64,000 nucleotides of DNA from positions 20,504 to 84,503 of the forward strand of contig JAXGQE010000012.1 of the NCBI GenBank assembly GCA_040766585.1, given 5' to 3'. The notes under the pieces are model-generated. The model ran no database searches, was not told where the DNA came from, and saw nothing but the letters and a program-made list of their open reading frames with translations. Position numbers and translations under genes: made by a program. Origin of the DNA: Candidatus Sumerlaeota bacterium. Its GTDB lineage: Bacteria > Bacillota > SLNR01. The first letter of the stretch is position 1; each line of letters opens with the position of its first letter. Shown piece after piece: positions 9,357-19,400 of this stretch.

Positions 9357-10124
9357 TTACGGCAAATCCTTGTCTGCCAGAAGCTGCAGGAACTGAATGT
9401 TGGGATAGGGGTCGTAGCGAACACTCAGCTCATATCCATCTTCTTCCCAGGAAAAAACAATGGTGTTTCCACTGGTAGTCTCCTTGAAAGCACTCTTCGA
9501 GCTGTAATTGTCCCGGTAAAATGCCAGGATGTCATCGGCTTCCTCCCGGGTTTCATAGATCGTGGCGTACCGGGATTCATTGTATAGATAGCTTTCCCGG
9601 TAAGTATACTCCTGGAGTTTGTAAAAACCGAATACCTCAATGAGATCCTCAGAATAGTTTTCAAAATATGGGTTTTCATCCACATATTCGTCCACCAGCA
9701 TACCGACACTCAGATTGACCGGTGTTCCCAGGGCATTGTCCCGTGCCTGATCGGATATGCTGACATTCACCTTCCGCCCCTGGATCCAGCCAGAAAACGA
9801 ATACTCGTCGTAATACATGTCTTCATCCAGCTCATCCATAAGCTCCAGATAGTATTCCGATAGCTCATCCATGTCGGCTTCGGATTCAAAGGAGATGCTG
9901 TAGAGGTCTTTCCCAATTACATAATTCAGATCATCCCGTACCGAAAAACTGCAGCTGTCAATAAACACTGGTTTCAGCAAAGGAACTTCATCATCCGGAT
10001 ATCCGGAAAGATAAACCAGATCTTCGCTGGGATCCTCTACTTCGTTTTCGGTGCCTCCGCTCTGGCATCCGCAAAGCAGAGCCAGGCAAACCATGATGAT
10101 TCCGATTTTCTGCCACGATTTCAA
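9357..10124 (-). CDS. Acidic (D/E/Y-rich) lipoprotein, function unknown
   Basis: Signal/lipobox MKSWQKIGIIMVCLALLCGCQSGG from a TTG start at 10124 with GGAGG upstream. Low-complexity acidic mature part. Confidence 0.55.
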   Translation of the reverse strand: MKSWQKIGIIMVCLALLCGCQSGGTENEVEDPSEDLVYLSGYPDDEVPLLKPVFIDSCSFSVRDDLNYVIGKDLYSISFESEADMDELSEYYLELMDELDEDMYYDEYSFSGWIQGRKVNVSISDQARDNALGTPVNLSVGMLVDEYVDENPYFENYSEDLIEVFGFYKLQEYTYRESYLYNESRYATIYETREEADDILAFYRDNYSSKSAFKETTSGNTIVFSWEEDGYELSVRYDPYPNIQFLQLLADKDLP

Positions 10125-10228
10125 AACTGCATCGCCTCCCTCAATGTCTTCTTTCTGCCCAGTGCTTTCCACAGCTATTCTTTTCTGCGGTGCGGGCAAA
10201 CAGAATCTGTTTTCTCCCTGTACATACA

Positions 10229-10256
10229 AAAACCCTTCTGCTGAATCCAGAAGAGT
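10229..10256 (-). terminator. Putative terminator downstream of mutY
   Basis: cttctg-gattca-gcagaag hairpin followed by a T run on the minus strand. Confidence 0.35.
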
Positions 10257-10327
10257 TCTCAATCTTTGAATTTTCCCCATATTGTAAGAGTCGTTTGGGG
10301 TCATCACAAAAAAGGACTTGCCAGATT

Positions 10328-11425
10328 CTACAGTCTGCTTTGGCGCAGCCATTCACTCTGGGCCCGAAAAGCAGCCGGTACAGCCAGATCATCCAGACCC
10401 GCTGCCGGAACCCATACATAATCACCGGGAAGTGCTTTGGCCGTCGTCAACCCGGCGTAGCTCTCCATAGTCCAGATCCGGTGTGAGAATACATGGCGGT
10501 GGGTCCCGATGGATTCGATCTCCCGGACGGCAAACCCGGTCTGCTCCAGGACTGACTGCAGTTCTTTTTTGGATAGCCTGCCGGGAAATATCACGAATTC
10601 CCACATTCCTTTCAGCAAACTCTCGGTTCTTTTTCTCATAGCAATTCGATTTTCCGGATCCGTAACTACCAGAACCGTAATTGGCTCGTCGGTTGGGCGT
10701 TTTCGCTGAGCACGAACCGGCCACTGGTCGGTTTTCTGAACTGCAAACGCAGCACAAAAAGACTGCACCGGGCACTGGCTGCAGCGAGGATTGGCAGGGA
10801 TGCACACCAGGGCACCCAGTTCCATCAATGCCTGGTTAAAATCACCCGGATGATCATCCGGCATGGTTTTCAAAACCCACTCGGTGGTCTGTCGTTTGAG
10901 CCCGCTGGATCCAACCATGTCCTGGAAACCGTTGATCCGGGCAGCTACTCGCTGCACATTGCCATCCACAGCTGCCGCCTGTTGATCAAACGCAATACTG
11001 GCAATGGCGCCGGCCATGTAATCCCCGATACCGGGAAGGCTTCGGAGTACATCCAAAGATTCCGGTATTTCACCTTGATGCTGATCCCGGATTGCCTTTG
11101 CCGCTCGATGCATATTCTCAGCCCGCCGATAGTACCCCAGGCCGGCCCAGATAGACAGCACATCTTCCAGAGGGCTGTCTGCCAGCTTCTGAATCGAGGG
11201 AAACACCTGCAGGAATTGATGGTAATAGGGCAGCATGGTTTCGATTCGTGTCTGCTGAGCCATCACCTCGGATACCCAGATATGGTAGGGGTTTTTTGTC
11301 CTGCGCCAGGGCAAAGGCCGTTGATGGGCACCGAACCAGGCAAGCAGTGCGCGTCCTATCTCCGGTTCCTGAACAAGGTGATCTTTCTCTTCCGGACTAG
11401 CGGGACATGGTTTCGGCGCGGGCAT
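10328..11425 (-). CDS. mutY: A/G-specific adenine DNA glycosylase
   Basis: HhH-GPD region (LLAWFGAHQRPLPWR, LPGIGDYMAGAI), the [4Fe-4S] Cys cluster CSQCPVQSFC, and a C-terminal NUDIX-like domain. Confidence 0.85.
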   Translation of the reverse strand: MPAPKPCPASPEEKDHLVQEPEIGRALLAWFGAHQRPLPWRRTKNPYHIWVSEVMAQQTRIETMLPYYHQFLQVFPSIQKLADSPLEDVLSIWAGLGYYRRAENMHRAAKAIRDQHQGEIPESLDVLRSLPGIGDYMAGAIASIAFDQQAAAVDGNVQRVAARINGFQDMVGSSGLKRQTTEWVLKTMPDDHPGDFNQALMELGALVCIPANPRCSQCPVQSFCAAFAVQKTDQWPVRAQRKRPTDEPITVLVVTDPENRIAMRKRTESLLKGMWEFVIFPGRLSKKELQSVLEQTGFAVREIESIGTHRHVFSHRIWTMESYAGLTTAKALPGDYVWVPAAGLDDLAVPAAFRAQSEWLRQSRL

Positions 11426-11936
11426 ATATTTCCTCTCTTTCTTTCTGACCGGCCAAAGTGGTCAGCAGGTAGGCTATGATGATAATTCCGGGAATATTCA
11501 CCAACAGCCGGGTCAGGGCAAACCGGGTGCCCAACGAGGCCATTTCAAACAGAAACATGGGTATTTTCGTTGTGGACCAGGCTCCGATAAAGACCATGAC
11601 ATTGAAGAAACTGACCCCTTTTTTCATGAATACCGCCGCCACCGGAAATGCGCCGTACAAAGGGCCGGCTGTGGCAGAACCGATCACAAAGGAAAGCACG
11701 GTTCCCCGTATGCCGGAACCTTCTCCCATAAAACGGGTCACCGTTTCACGGGGCACCCATACATCCAGCAGCCCCAGGAGAATAAATACAGGGGGAATGA
11801 TCATGACCATTTCTTTTAAGGAACCGCCGGTAATCTGCAGAGCCTCCCTGCCGAAAGCAGGAGCGATAACCAGAGCGGCAGCCGTCACCACAGCCATGAC
11901 AATCAGATCGCGGTATCTTCGCATGCTCTTTTTCAT
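11397..11936 (-). CDS. Two-component membrane permease complex subunit (SMU_746c/747c-like, DUF318-related), small subunit 2
   Basis: Polytopic membrane protein, 179 aa. The ATG overlaps the stop of the upstream subunit (ATGA), so the two are translationally coupled. Confidence 0.65.
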   Translation of the reverse strand: MKKSMRRYRDLIVMAVVTAAALVIAPAFGREALQITGGSLKEMVMIIPPVFILLGLLDVWVPRETVTRFMGEGSGIRGTVLSFVIGSATAGPLYGAFPVAAVFMKKGVSFFNVMVFIGAWSTTKIPMFLFEMASLGTRFALTRLLVNIPGIIIIAYLLTTLAGQKEREEIYARAETMSR

Positions 11937-12418
11937 GACCCGTTCACCACCCATCCCACAATTAGTGCAATGATAATGGAAAAAACAAATGCCATGGCGT
12001 TCCTGAGATAGGAGAGTTTCTTTCCAAAGTATCGGGTTTCCACCGGCAGTGTCACTACTCCCACCATCATCAGTGATGAGATGAATGCGGCAATCTGCAT
12101 ATATCCAGCTCCGTTTTCCAGCAGCAGAGCCGCCGTCGGAAACGCGATGAATCCCGGGATTAGGGTAACCGCTCCCACCAGTGAAGAGATGAGAATCCCG
12201 AAAGGACCGGATTCTGATCCGATAATTCGCGAAATAGTCTCCGGTTTCAATGCAGCCAGCATCAGGCCGACAAAGAGAATCACCGCCAAAAACTCCGGTA
12301 AGATATTTTCCACAGATCGCCATGCTTTCATCAAAGCCTGTTTCGTTTTTTTCCGATCTTTACCGTAGGACAGTGCCAGACCCAAACCGGCCACTGCATA
12401 CAGCCACAGATTGCTCAT
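11933..12418 (-). CDS. Two-component membrane permease complex subunit, subunit 1
   Basis: 161-aa membrane protein starting MSNLWLYAVAGLG at 12418 with RBS AGAGGGG. The upstream part of the 321-aa track ORF is a frame artifact overlapping the neighbouring gene. Confidence 0.65.
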   Translation of the reverse strand: MSNLWLYAVAGLGLALSYGKDRKKTKQALMKAWRSVENILPEFLAVILFVGLMLAALKPETISRIIGSESGPFGILISSLVGAVTLIPGFIAFPTAALLLENGAGYMQIAAFISSLMMVGVVTLPVETRYFGKKLSYLRNAMAFVFSIIIALIVGWVVNGS

Positions 12419-12483
12419 ACGGATACCCCTCTTCGCAGTAAGTTTTTCTCTCAGACCATTCGATTCCAGATTCAATATTTCCT

Positions 12484-13662
12484 TTACAAAAGCGCCCCGT
12501 ACAGCAAACCGCTGAGGGTCGCCATGACAATGACCAGAATAATATAGGCGGCTGTTTTTCGAAACCCCAGTACGCTGTGGATGACCAGCATGCTGGGCAG
12601 ACTCAAAGCCGGGCCGGCCAGCAGCAACGCCAGGGCCGGACCGCTGCCCATTCCAGCACCCATCAACCCCTGAAGTATGGGTATTTCGGTCAGGGTGGCA
12701 AAATACATGAATGCCCCTACCACGGAAGCAGTGAGATTCGCCTGAATGGAGTTTCCTCCCACAAACTGTTCCACATAGGCGGATGGGATGATGCCGGCGT
12801 CCAACCCCGGCCGCCCCATAAGAAAGCCTGCAGCCAGTACTCCCACCAGCAAAAGAGGCAGAATCTGCTGAGCAAAAACCCATGTAGACTCCATCCATGC
12901 TGGAATTTCTTCTTTTTTAAACCACCGCTTCAGCAGGACACCCATCGCAAGAAGCAGTACAATGGTGATGGTCCATTTCCTTTGAAAAATCTCATTGAAA
13001 AATCCCACCGCAACCGGCGGTCGGGCCCAGGCTGCAAAAATCAGGACCAATACCAAAACCCCTAAGAAAATCCCGTTTTGTGCCAGAGTCCTCTCAGAGG
13101 GGGTATCCTCTGCCACCTTCACACGATTCAACCGCTGTTCCTCTTCCTTTCGAAACAGCCATGACATAATCAATCCAATCACAATGGCAAACAAAACAGC
13201 TCCCACTGCCCGGGCAACACCGATTTGCCAACCCAGCACCCGGGCTGTCATGATGATGGCCAATACATTGATTGCGGGGCCAGCGTACAGAAAAGCGACA
13301 GCCGGTCCGATTCCGGCTCCACGCATATACAAACCGGCAAATAGCGGCAGTACCGTGCATGAACAAACCGCTAAAACGGCTCCCGAAACCGATGCCACCG
13401 AATAGGAAACCCAGCGCCGGGCTGCCGCTCCGAAATATCGGATAACTGCATTCTGGGAGATGAAGTTGGATATGGCACCGGCAATAAAAAGAGCTGGAAT
13501 CAGACAGGTCAGCACATGCAGTCGGGCATAATCCTGAACCATGTACAACGACTCCAATACCGCCCCGCTAAATCGCGGGTTGCTTAGAGGCATATAATAC
13601 AAAAAAGAAAATACAGCTACCATTGTCACCAATTTCTGCCACGGCTTCAAAGCAATCCACAC
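12484..13662 (-). CDS. ArsP/DUF318-family permease (predicted permease COG0701) with CSC motif
   Basis: ~10 TM protein containing the SVSGAVLAVCSCTVLPLFAG CSC motif typical of ArsP-like permeases. Start uncertain (GTG at 13662 or a downstream ATG). Confidence 0.7.
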   Translation of the reverse strand: MWIALKPWQKLVTMVAVFSFLYYMPLSNPRFSGAVLESLYMVQDYARLHVLTCLIPALFIAGAISNFISQNAVIRYFGAAARRWVSYSVASVSGAVLAVCSCTVLPLFAGLYMRGAGIGPAVAFLYAGPAINVLAIIMTARVLGWQIGVARAVGAVLFAIVIGLIMSWLFRKEEEQRLNRVKVAEDTPSERTLAQNGIFLGVLVLVLIFAAWARPPVAVGFFNEIFQRKWTITIVLLLAMGVLLKRWFKKEEIPAWMESTWVFAQQILPLLLVGVLAAGFLMGRPGLDAGIIPSAYVEQFVGGNSIQANLTASVVGAFMYFATLTEIPILQGLMGAGMGSGPALALLLAGPALSLPSMLVIHSVLGFRKTAAYIILVIVMATLSGLLYGALL

Positions 13663-13689
13663 CTTTTCATCATTATTTTAGTATTTTCT

Positions 13690-13720
13690 TATATTATTAT
13701 ATATCATCCTGCTTTTGTCA
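13690..13720 (-). promoter_or_regulatory. Putative sigma-70 promoter for permease genes
   Basis: TTGACA on the minus strand followed by an AT-rich TATAAT-like segment upstream of 13662. Located just downstream of a terminator. Confidence 0.35.
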
Positions 13721-13721
13721 A

Positions 13722-13750
13722 TGAAAAAACCTTCTTTTTTCAGAAGGCTC
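13722..13750 (-). terminator. Intrinsic terminator between phosphoesterase and permease genes
   Basis: ccttct-loop-agaagg hairpin followed by tttttt on the minus strand. Confidence 0.5.
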
Positions 13751-13803
13751 GGTCCCACAACGATTAAGCCCTGTTGGGATCCAGTCTCGGTCAAGCCCTT
13801 GTC

Positions 13804-14517
13804 CTATTTCGGGGTCTTGGCAGTCCCCTGAAGAAGCATGACCGCCAGTTCATTGGGAAGCTCGCTGCGGGTTATTTTCTCTGCCGTTTTTTCCACTTCA
13901 TACGAAACATAATGGAAGTCAACCTTCAGTTCATCCCACTCTGCCGACACCATAGCGAAAACCGACTGGGCGTTTCCATGCTTCGGTTTTCCCACACTTC
14001 CGGCATTGGTGATGTGTTTCCCCTGAACCCTTCGATGAAAGGGAAGGTGGGTGTGCCCGCAGATCAAAATGTCTTCCGACAGGGCTTCTGCGATTTCCTC
14101 CAACCGGGGAGTATCTTCATAAAGATATTCATTGTTCCGGTCCGGGCTGCCGTGTACCATGTGTATCCGATAGTTTCCCAGCCGGATGTCCAGTCGTTCC
14201 GGTAGTTTTCTTAGCCGGTCTTTGTTCTGAGAAGTGACCGTCTTCTGGGTCCAGGCCAGGGATGCACTGCCAATGTCCATGGCTCTTTCATCCGCATAAT
14301 CGCAGCCGCAGGCCATGCGATCGTACCCTGTTCCTTCGTCGTAATTTCCCTGAACGCTGGGAATGCCCCGCTGTGTCAGCCTTTCGATAACTTCATTGGG
14401 ATTGGGACCGTACCCAACCAGATCCCCCAGGCAGTATACGGTCTGTATACCCAGGGCATCGATGGAAGACAGTACAGCATCCAACGCTTCGATATTTCCA
14501 TGGATATCTGCTATCAA
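13804..14517 (-). CDS. Metallophosphoesterase (YfcE/MJ0936-like phosphodiesterase)
   Basis: IALIADIHGN...GDLVGYGP...GNYD...GHTHLP are calcineurin-like phosphoesterase motifs. Starts 31 nt after the thioredoxin-like gene stop. Confidence 0.75.
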   Translation of the reverse strand: MIADIHGNIEALDAVLSSIDALGIQTVYCLGDLVGYGPNPNEVIERLTQRGIPSVQGNYDEGTGYDRMACGCDYADERAMDIGSASLAWTQKTVTSQNKDRLRKLPERLDIRLGNYRIHMVHGSPDRNNEYLYEDTPRLEEIAEALSEDILICGHTHLPFHRRVQGKHITNAGSVGKPKHGNAQSVFAMVSAEWDELKVDFHYVSYEVEKTAEKITRSELPNELAVMLLQGTAKTPK

Positions 14518-14547
14518 CGCGATTTGAACCCTGATTCTTCCCCCTAT

Positions 14548-14781
14548 TTACGATGTCAGCAGTTTCTTGATCTCATCCTTGGACGCCAGCTTCCCGGAAA
14601 GAACCACTTTCCCGTTGATAACCAAACCCGGTGTCATCAGGATATCGTAGGAAAGAATGGCCTGCAGATCCGTTACTTTCTCAATTTGGGCGGACAGTTT
14701 CAATTCATCAACCGCCTGCCGGGTATTTCTTTCCAGCGCCTGGCATTTGGCACATCCTGTACCCAGAATTTTAATTTCCAT
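14548..14781 (-). CDS. Thioredoxin-family redox-active disulfide protein 2 (CXXC)
   Basis: MEIKILGTGCAKCQALE..., 77 aa, the TIGR00412-like small thioredoxin-fold protein usually found next to ArsP-like permeases. RBS AAGGGGGA. Confidence 0.8.
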   Translation of the reverse strand: MEIKILGTGCAKCQALERNTRQAVDELKLSAQIEKVTDLQAILSYDILMTPGLVINGKVVLSGKLASKDEIKKLLTS

Positions 14782-14794
14782 GGTGAATCCCCCT

Positions 14795-15091
14795 TCAGTC
14801 ATTGGTTTGAAGCTCTTTGAGACAGCATGCGGTAACTCGCTCAATGCTGCCCAAAAGTGCTGAAATCTCCGGGCAGGTCAGCTGGTAGAAGATTTTCAGC
14901 CCATCTTTTTCAGATCGAACCAGACCGGCTTCTTTCAGGATTCTCAAATGCTGGGACAAATTGCTTTGACTGAAACCCACATCGTCGTTGAGCTCACAGA
15001 CACAGCGAGGTCCGTCCGTCAGGTATTGAACAATTGTATAACGGACAGGATGCCCCAATGCTTTGCAGATCTTTACAGACCAGGAATCCAT
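14795..15091 (-). CDS. arsR: ArsR/SmtB-family metalloregulatory transcriptional repressor
   Basis: Winged HTH ALGHPVRYTIVQYL...CVCELNDDVGFSQSNLSQHLRILKEAGLV with a CVC metal/metalloid-binding motif. RBS GGAG 5 nt before the ATG. Confidence 0.85.
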   Translation of the reverse strand: MDSWSVKICKALGHPVRYTIVQYLTDGPRCVCELNDDVGFSQSNLSQHLRILKEAGLVRSEKDGLKIFYQLTCPEISALLGSIERVTACCLKELQTND

Positions 15092-15127
15092 TTTCACTCC
15101 ATCGCCTCCCGGGAACTGCTTATTTAA

Positions 15128-15163
15128 TAATATAATTATATTATGATATAGTTTGCCAGTCAA
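15128..15163 (-). promoter_or_regulatory. arsR promoter (TTGACT-17-TATAAT) with perfect 16-bp palindrome TAATATAATTATATTA overlapping the -10 (candidate ArsR operator)
   Basis: Read directly from the sequence. Minus-strand TTGACT at 15158-15163 and TATAAT at 15135-15140 with 17-nt spacing. Palindrome at 15128-15143. Confidence 0.6.
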
Positions 15164-15164
15164 C

Positions 15165-15192
15165 ATAAAAATCCCCGAAGGGATTTTTATGC
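15165..15192 (-). terminator. Intrinsic terminator downstream of gap-like gene
   Basis: aaatcccc-gaa-ggggattt stem flanked by A/T runs (aaaaatccccgaagggattttt). Confidence 0.65.
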
Positions 15193-16440
15193 TCGTGTTT
15201 TTTCGATGTGATCCACCAATCGGCTGAGGAACTGGACATAACTGCCCATCTCATTGTCATACCAGCCGAATACTTTGGCGTGGGTCACGGGAATCTGCAT
15301 ATCCTGTTCGCAGTGTACTCCGTACTCCTGCAGCATCTTGGCCTGAACCGGCATGAACCCCGTTCTGGTGTGGGTTTCCACTCCTTCAATCACGATGGCT
15401 GCCTTAAAACCGATGATATCCGACGAAACATTCTGCTTTTCACTGAATACCAGCATATCCTTCTGGGCTCCCTTTTCAGCCGACCGATACAGATTGTTGA
15501 TGAACCCTCGGTTAATCACCGGGTTGCCGGTTTCATCCATTTTGCTGTGGAATGTGGCATTCAGGGTGATCAATGACGCTGTGGCAATGGGGATCCGCAC
15601 CGAATCTGCCATGAATCCGATATGTCGAATCTCCGGAAGAATGTGCTCCAAGGCAATGGCCGCTCCCGTGGATGTCGGAATGATGTTGTTGAATACCGAT
15701 CGATTCCGCCGCAGGTCGCCTTTATCTTTTTCCGGCACCGCATCCAAAACACTTTGGTTATTGGTTACCGCATGCACTGTGGACATGGAGGCCGTGATGA
15801 TGGAGCGGGTCTCTTCTGCTTCCAGCAGGGGTTTCATCATGTGAGCCAGCCCGGTGGTGGTGCAGCTGGCCGCAGAAACAATATGCTGCCGCATTGGATC
15901 ATATTTCATATGATTGATCCCGTACACAAACATACCGCTGTCTTCAGGGATTTTGGCGGATTGGTCTTTCATTTTAAAGGGAGCGCTGAGCACCACTTTT
16001 TCTGCCCCTGCCTCCAGATGCCCCCTCAGACTGCCCTTTTCATCATCGGCCGGCACACTGGGGTCCAAAAACTTTCCAGTGCATTCGATCACTGTTCTGA
16101 CATTGTACTTACCCCACTCAATATCCCGCGGATTTCTGGCTTTTCTCAGGAGCCGAACGGGAATTCCGTTAATGGTAAATACCCCGTTTTCTTCATCGGT
16201 AATTTCCACCTGCAGCGGGCTGCCGGCGTACCCGTACAAGAACCGCTCCAGTGATCCGTATGTGGAATCATGGACCAGGTAGTCAATGGCATCCTGCAGT
16301 TTGCGGCCTACATTGCGGCCGGTGTTCAGCACATACGACTGATAATGCTGGTGACTCAGATTGTGCCAGAATACAAGCTTCCCAATCCTCCCCAATCCAT
16401 TAATACCTAAGACTTTGTGGTTTTCCAGATACATATCCAT
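15187..16440 (-). CDS. Divergent glyceraldehyde-3-phosphate dehydrogenase-family protein (417 aa, with insertions). Catalytic Cys retained in SCTTTGL.
   Basis: N-terminal GINGLGRIGKLVF Rossmann motif. SAASCTTTGLAHM versus canonical SCTTNCLAP. TVHAVT and IIPTSTGAA are conserved. RBS GGGAGGA. About 80 aa longer than canonical GapA. Confidence 0.75.
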   Translation of the reverse strand: MDMYLENHKVLGINGLGRIGKLVFWHNLSHQHYQSYVLNTGRNVGRKLQDAIDYLVHDSTYGSLERFLYGYAGSPLQVEITDEENGVFTINGIPVRLLRKARNPRDIEWGKYNVRTVIECTGKFLDPSVPADDEKGSLRGHLEAGAEKVVLSAPFKMKDQSAKIPEDSGMFVYGINHMKYDPMRQHIVSAASCTTTGLAHMMKPLLEAEETRSIITASMSTVHAVTNNQSVLDAVPEKDKGDLRRNRSVFNNIIPTSTGAAIALEHILPEIRHIGFMADSVRIPIATASLITLNATFHSKMDETGNPVINRGFINNLYRSAEKGAQKDMLVFSEKQNVSSDIIGFKAAIVIEGVETHTRTGFMPVQAKMLQEYGVHCEQDMQIPVTHAKVFGWYDNEMGSYVQFLSRLVDHIEKTRA

Positions 16441-16463
16441 GTCTCATTCCTCCCTGTTTCTCC

Positions 16464-19400
16464 TCATATCCCGGCTGTGTCTTTTTCGGTTACCGGATTC
16501 CACCCTTTGTAGATATTGCCGCTTTGTCCATCGAGAGAAATATAGTCCCCCGGTTGAATACGAATACCGTGAATCTGGGCTTCTCTCTGCATTTCATTGA
16601 CATACAGATCCCGACAGTTCACAATGCACACCTTTCCTAGCTTAGCGGCTGTTACAGCAGCATGGGATGTGACTCCTCCCCGACTGGTCAGCAGCGCATC
16701 GCTTTTAAAAATCATAGGGATGTCGTCGGGAACAGTATCCGGACGAATCAGAATCAGCGGGATTTTTAGTTCGTGATGCCGAAAACGAGCCATGTCCTCT
16801 TCAGAAAATACCACCCGTCCGGACAGGCATCCGCCGAAAATACCGATTCCCCGTCCCAAAAGATTCTCGATTCCCGGCGGTGCGGCAAAACGCATTTGTG
16901 CTGCAGCCCCCTGGATATTCTGATCCCGAATCTGCAGGATGTACAGATCATCTGGGTTTTCCGATTCAAAAGTAAATTCGATTTCCTGGTGGTTGAACCC
17001 ATGCTGGTCAATGAGCCTGTGGGCATAGTGCATCAGCCGTTCATAGATGGCGGGATAGGCCGTCTGCAGTGACAGGCTGCTGTCGGAATAATCATCTTTT
17101 CTTTGGCTTTCCGAAATGGGCAGCGGATAAACCAGACCGGATACAATATCCTCTCCCTGACTGCACAGGGTAAAATCACCGTACGGGTGGATTCCCGGTC
17201 GATTGATTTTGGGGTTGTGGGTGAAAAACACGCCGGATCCCGCCTGCTTGGAACGGTTTCCCATGACCATTCTCTGTATAATGACAGCTGTTCCCCATTC
17301 ATCGGCAATACGCAGATGACGTCGGTAAGTACGAGCCCGGCGGCTGTCCCATGAATCCAGCACACTGCGAATGGTTCGAATCAGCTGATGCTCCGGATCA
17401 TGCGGAATTTCAATGCCTGCCTCCTCAATCCGATGGCGGTAGGCAGCGGCCATATCTCTCATCTGCTCCCAGCTAAAAAGCATCTTCTGGTCCACTCCAT
17501 ATTTTTGTTTGAACTGGATCATAATCCGGTCAAAATCATCCCGGGCAATGCCCATAGCCATTCCCCAGCTTTGCAGAAATCTGCGATAGGCATCCCAGTT
17601 CATCCACGCTGTATCCGGGTTTTTGACATCCCACCCGGCAATTTCTTCATTGATGCCCACATTCAAAAATGTACTCATGGCTCCCGGCATGGAAATGGCC
17701 GTTCCGGACCGCACGGAAAGAAGCAGCGGGCGGGAAGGATCGCCGAATTTTCGGCCGCTGGACTGTTCTATGGCCTCTATGGCCCCGTAGATATCCTGTT
17801 CAATGCGCCGCCTCATATTATCCAAGATGTAGGCCGCTTTGCGATGGCGAAACAGTTCGGTGGTTATGACAAATCCTTCCGGTACCGGAAACCCCATCTC
17901 CGTAATTCGTTTCAGATAGTATGCTTTGGCACCCATAAAGACCTGGTTGTCCAGTTCGCGGCAGGGTTGGTGAAACGGATTCATCAGCTGAGCCGGATCG
18001 TAGGTCAGCATATCCTTAATAATCTGGGGAGGATGCTTCTCCGTAATCTCTGTCAATCGGTCCGTCAGATCCGTCACGAAGCTGTCCAGCTCCTGAATCA
18101 AAAATGCAGACGACAGAATATCCCTGTAAAAACTTTCTGTGACCTTGACATGGTCCTGTTCTGAACCGGCGACAATCTGAGGAACGACCGCCGACAGTGT
18201 TTCATCATATACTCTCAGAAAGTATTCATTGATAATCTCTTTGACGCTGGTGGCCATAAAACGAAACACATCAATGTACTGATCCAGGCTAAAGCTCTGG
18301 GAGGAAAGGCAGTACCGCAGCATTTCCAGATTGGCCTGGAAACTCTGATTCTCAACACCGTCCAGTTTTAAGCCCTCCAGAAACAATTCCAGAATCCGAT
18401 AGGCCTGGGTCAAAGTATGGGTGGTTAAATAGTCCGGCTGGCAATCATGGACGATCATGACCATCCATTTGGCAGCTACACGCTCCAGCCGGTACATCAA
18501 TCCCAAAGCTTCGAACTTGGGCTCCGAATACTGCCCATACATGGATGGAATGCCCACAGCGATATGGCGTTTATAGTAGATGTTTTCCACGGCCTCTGTG
18601 GGCTGCGGGTCGAGAATCTGATCCTTCAGGCGCCCCATCCATTCGTATACTTTCTCCAGGACCGGTATCTTCTGCCCCTGCTCCATCATCTCTTCCAGCT
18701 GTTCCCCTTCTTCGGCTGTGATAACTGTACTGCCTGCCAGAATCCGGGAAATATCTTTGGTCTCAAAAGAATACTTCTCCAGGAGAAGATGGTAGAGCTG
18801 GATCAGGTACAGAAATTTTTTCTTATCTGCTTCCGGAAATGCACCATTTCCCAGAAGATACTCCGAGGCCCAGGTTTCATTCAGGTGCAGCACACCCAGT
18901 GCATCGGTTTCAAATTGAGTTTTCATCGCTTCCATAATCTCTTTCATTCCGACAAACAGCGGGTTTCGTTCATCCAATGTATCCGCAACATCCTTGGGCA
19001 GGTGGGGCAGAATATGATCCCGATTGGCGCTGTCCCAGTATCGGGCGATCTGCTCAGTCAGACGGATGTGGGTATTGTTGCTTTCGCTGTGCACCTGCTT
19101 GCGCAAAAAGTGAACCAGACGGTCTTTTCGCTTGCACAGCTCATCCATGGCCGTGGTTACATCCCGAAGTTTTCCTTCGGCCCCGATTTCGCGGAAATAC
19201 ACCGGGAAAATCCGGGCTAACTGCTTTACCTGCCGGTACACCGGGGCGATATCCGCATTCAGCAGGCGGGTTACATCCCGCTGCAGCAGGTCTGTATCGG
19301 AGACAAAAATACCGCCCAGTTTGAGATTCACAATCAGAGCCCCCAATAGGTCCTTGTACTGATCGGGAGAATTTCGAATCAGATCCAGCCAGATTCGAAT

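Noticed and set aside
11933-12898. 321-aa minus ORF as a single gene
   Set aside because: Its N-terminal 160 codons overlap the 392-aa permease gene in another frame and are Gly/Arg/His-rich nonsense. The real gene starts at the internal ATG at 12418 (RBS AGAGGGG) and encodes a 161-aa membrane subunit.
17388-19362. Several 100-260 aa plus-strand ORFs
   Set aside because: Embedded antisense within the 1359-aa PPDK-like gene, which has strong domain evidence. No independent RBS or domain support.
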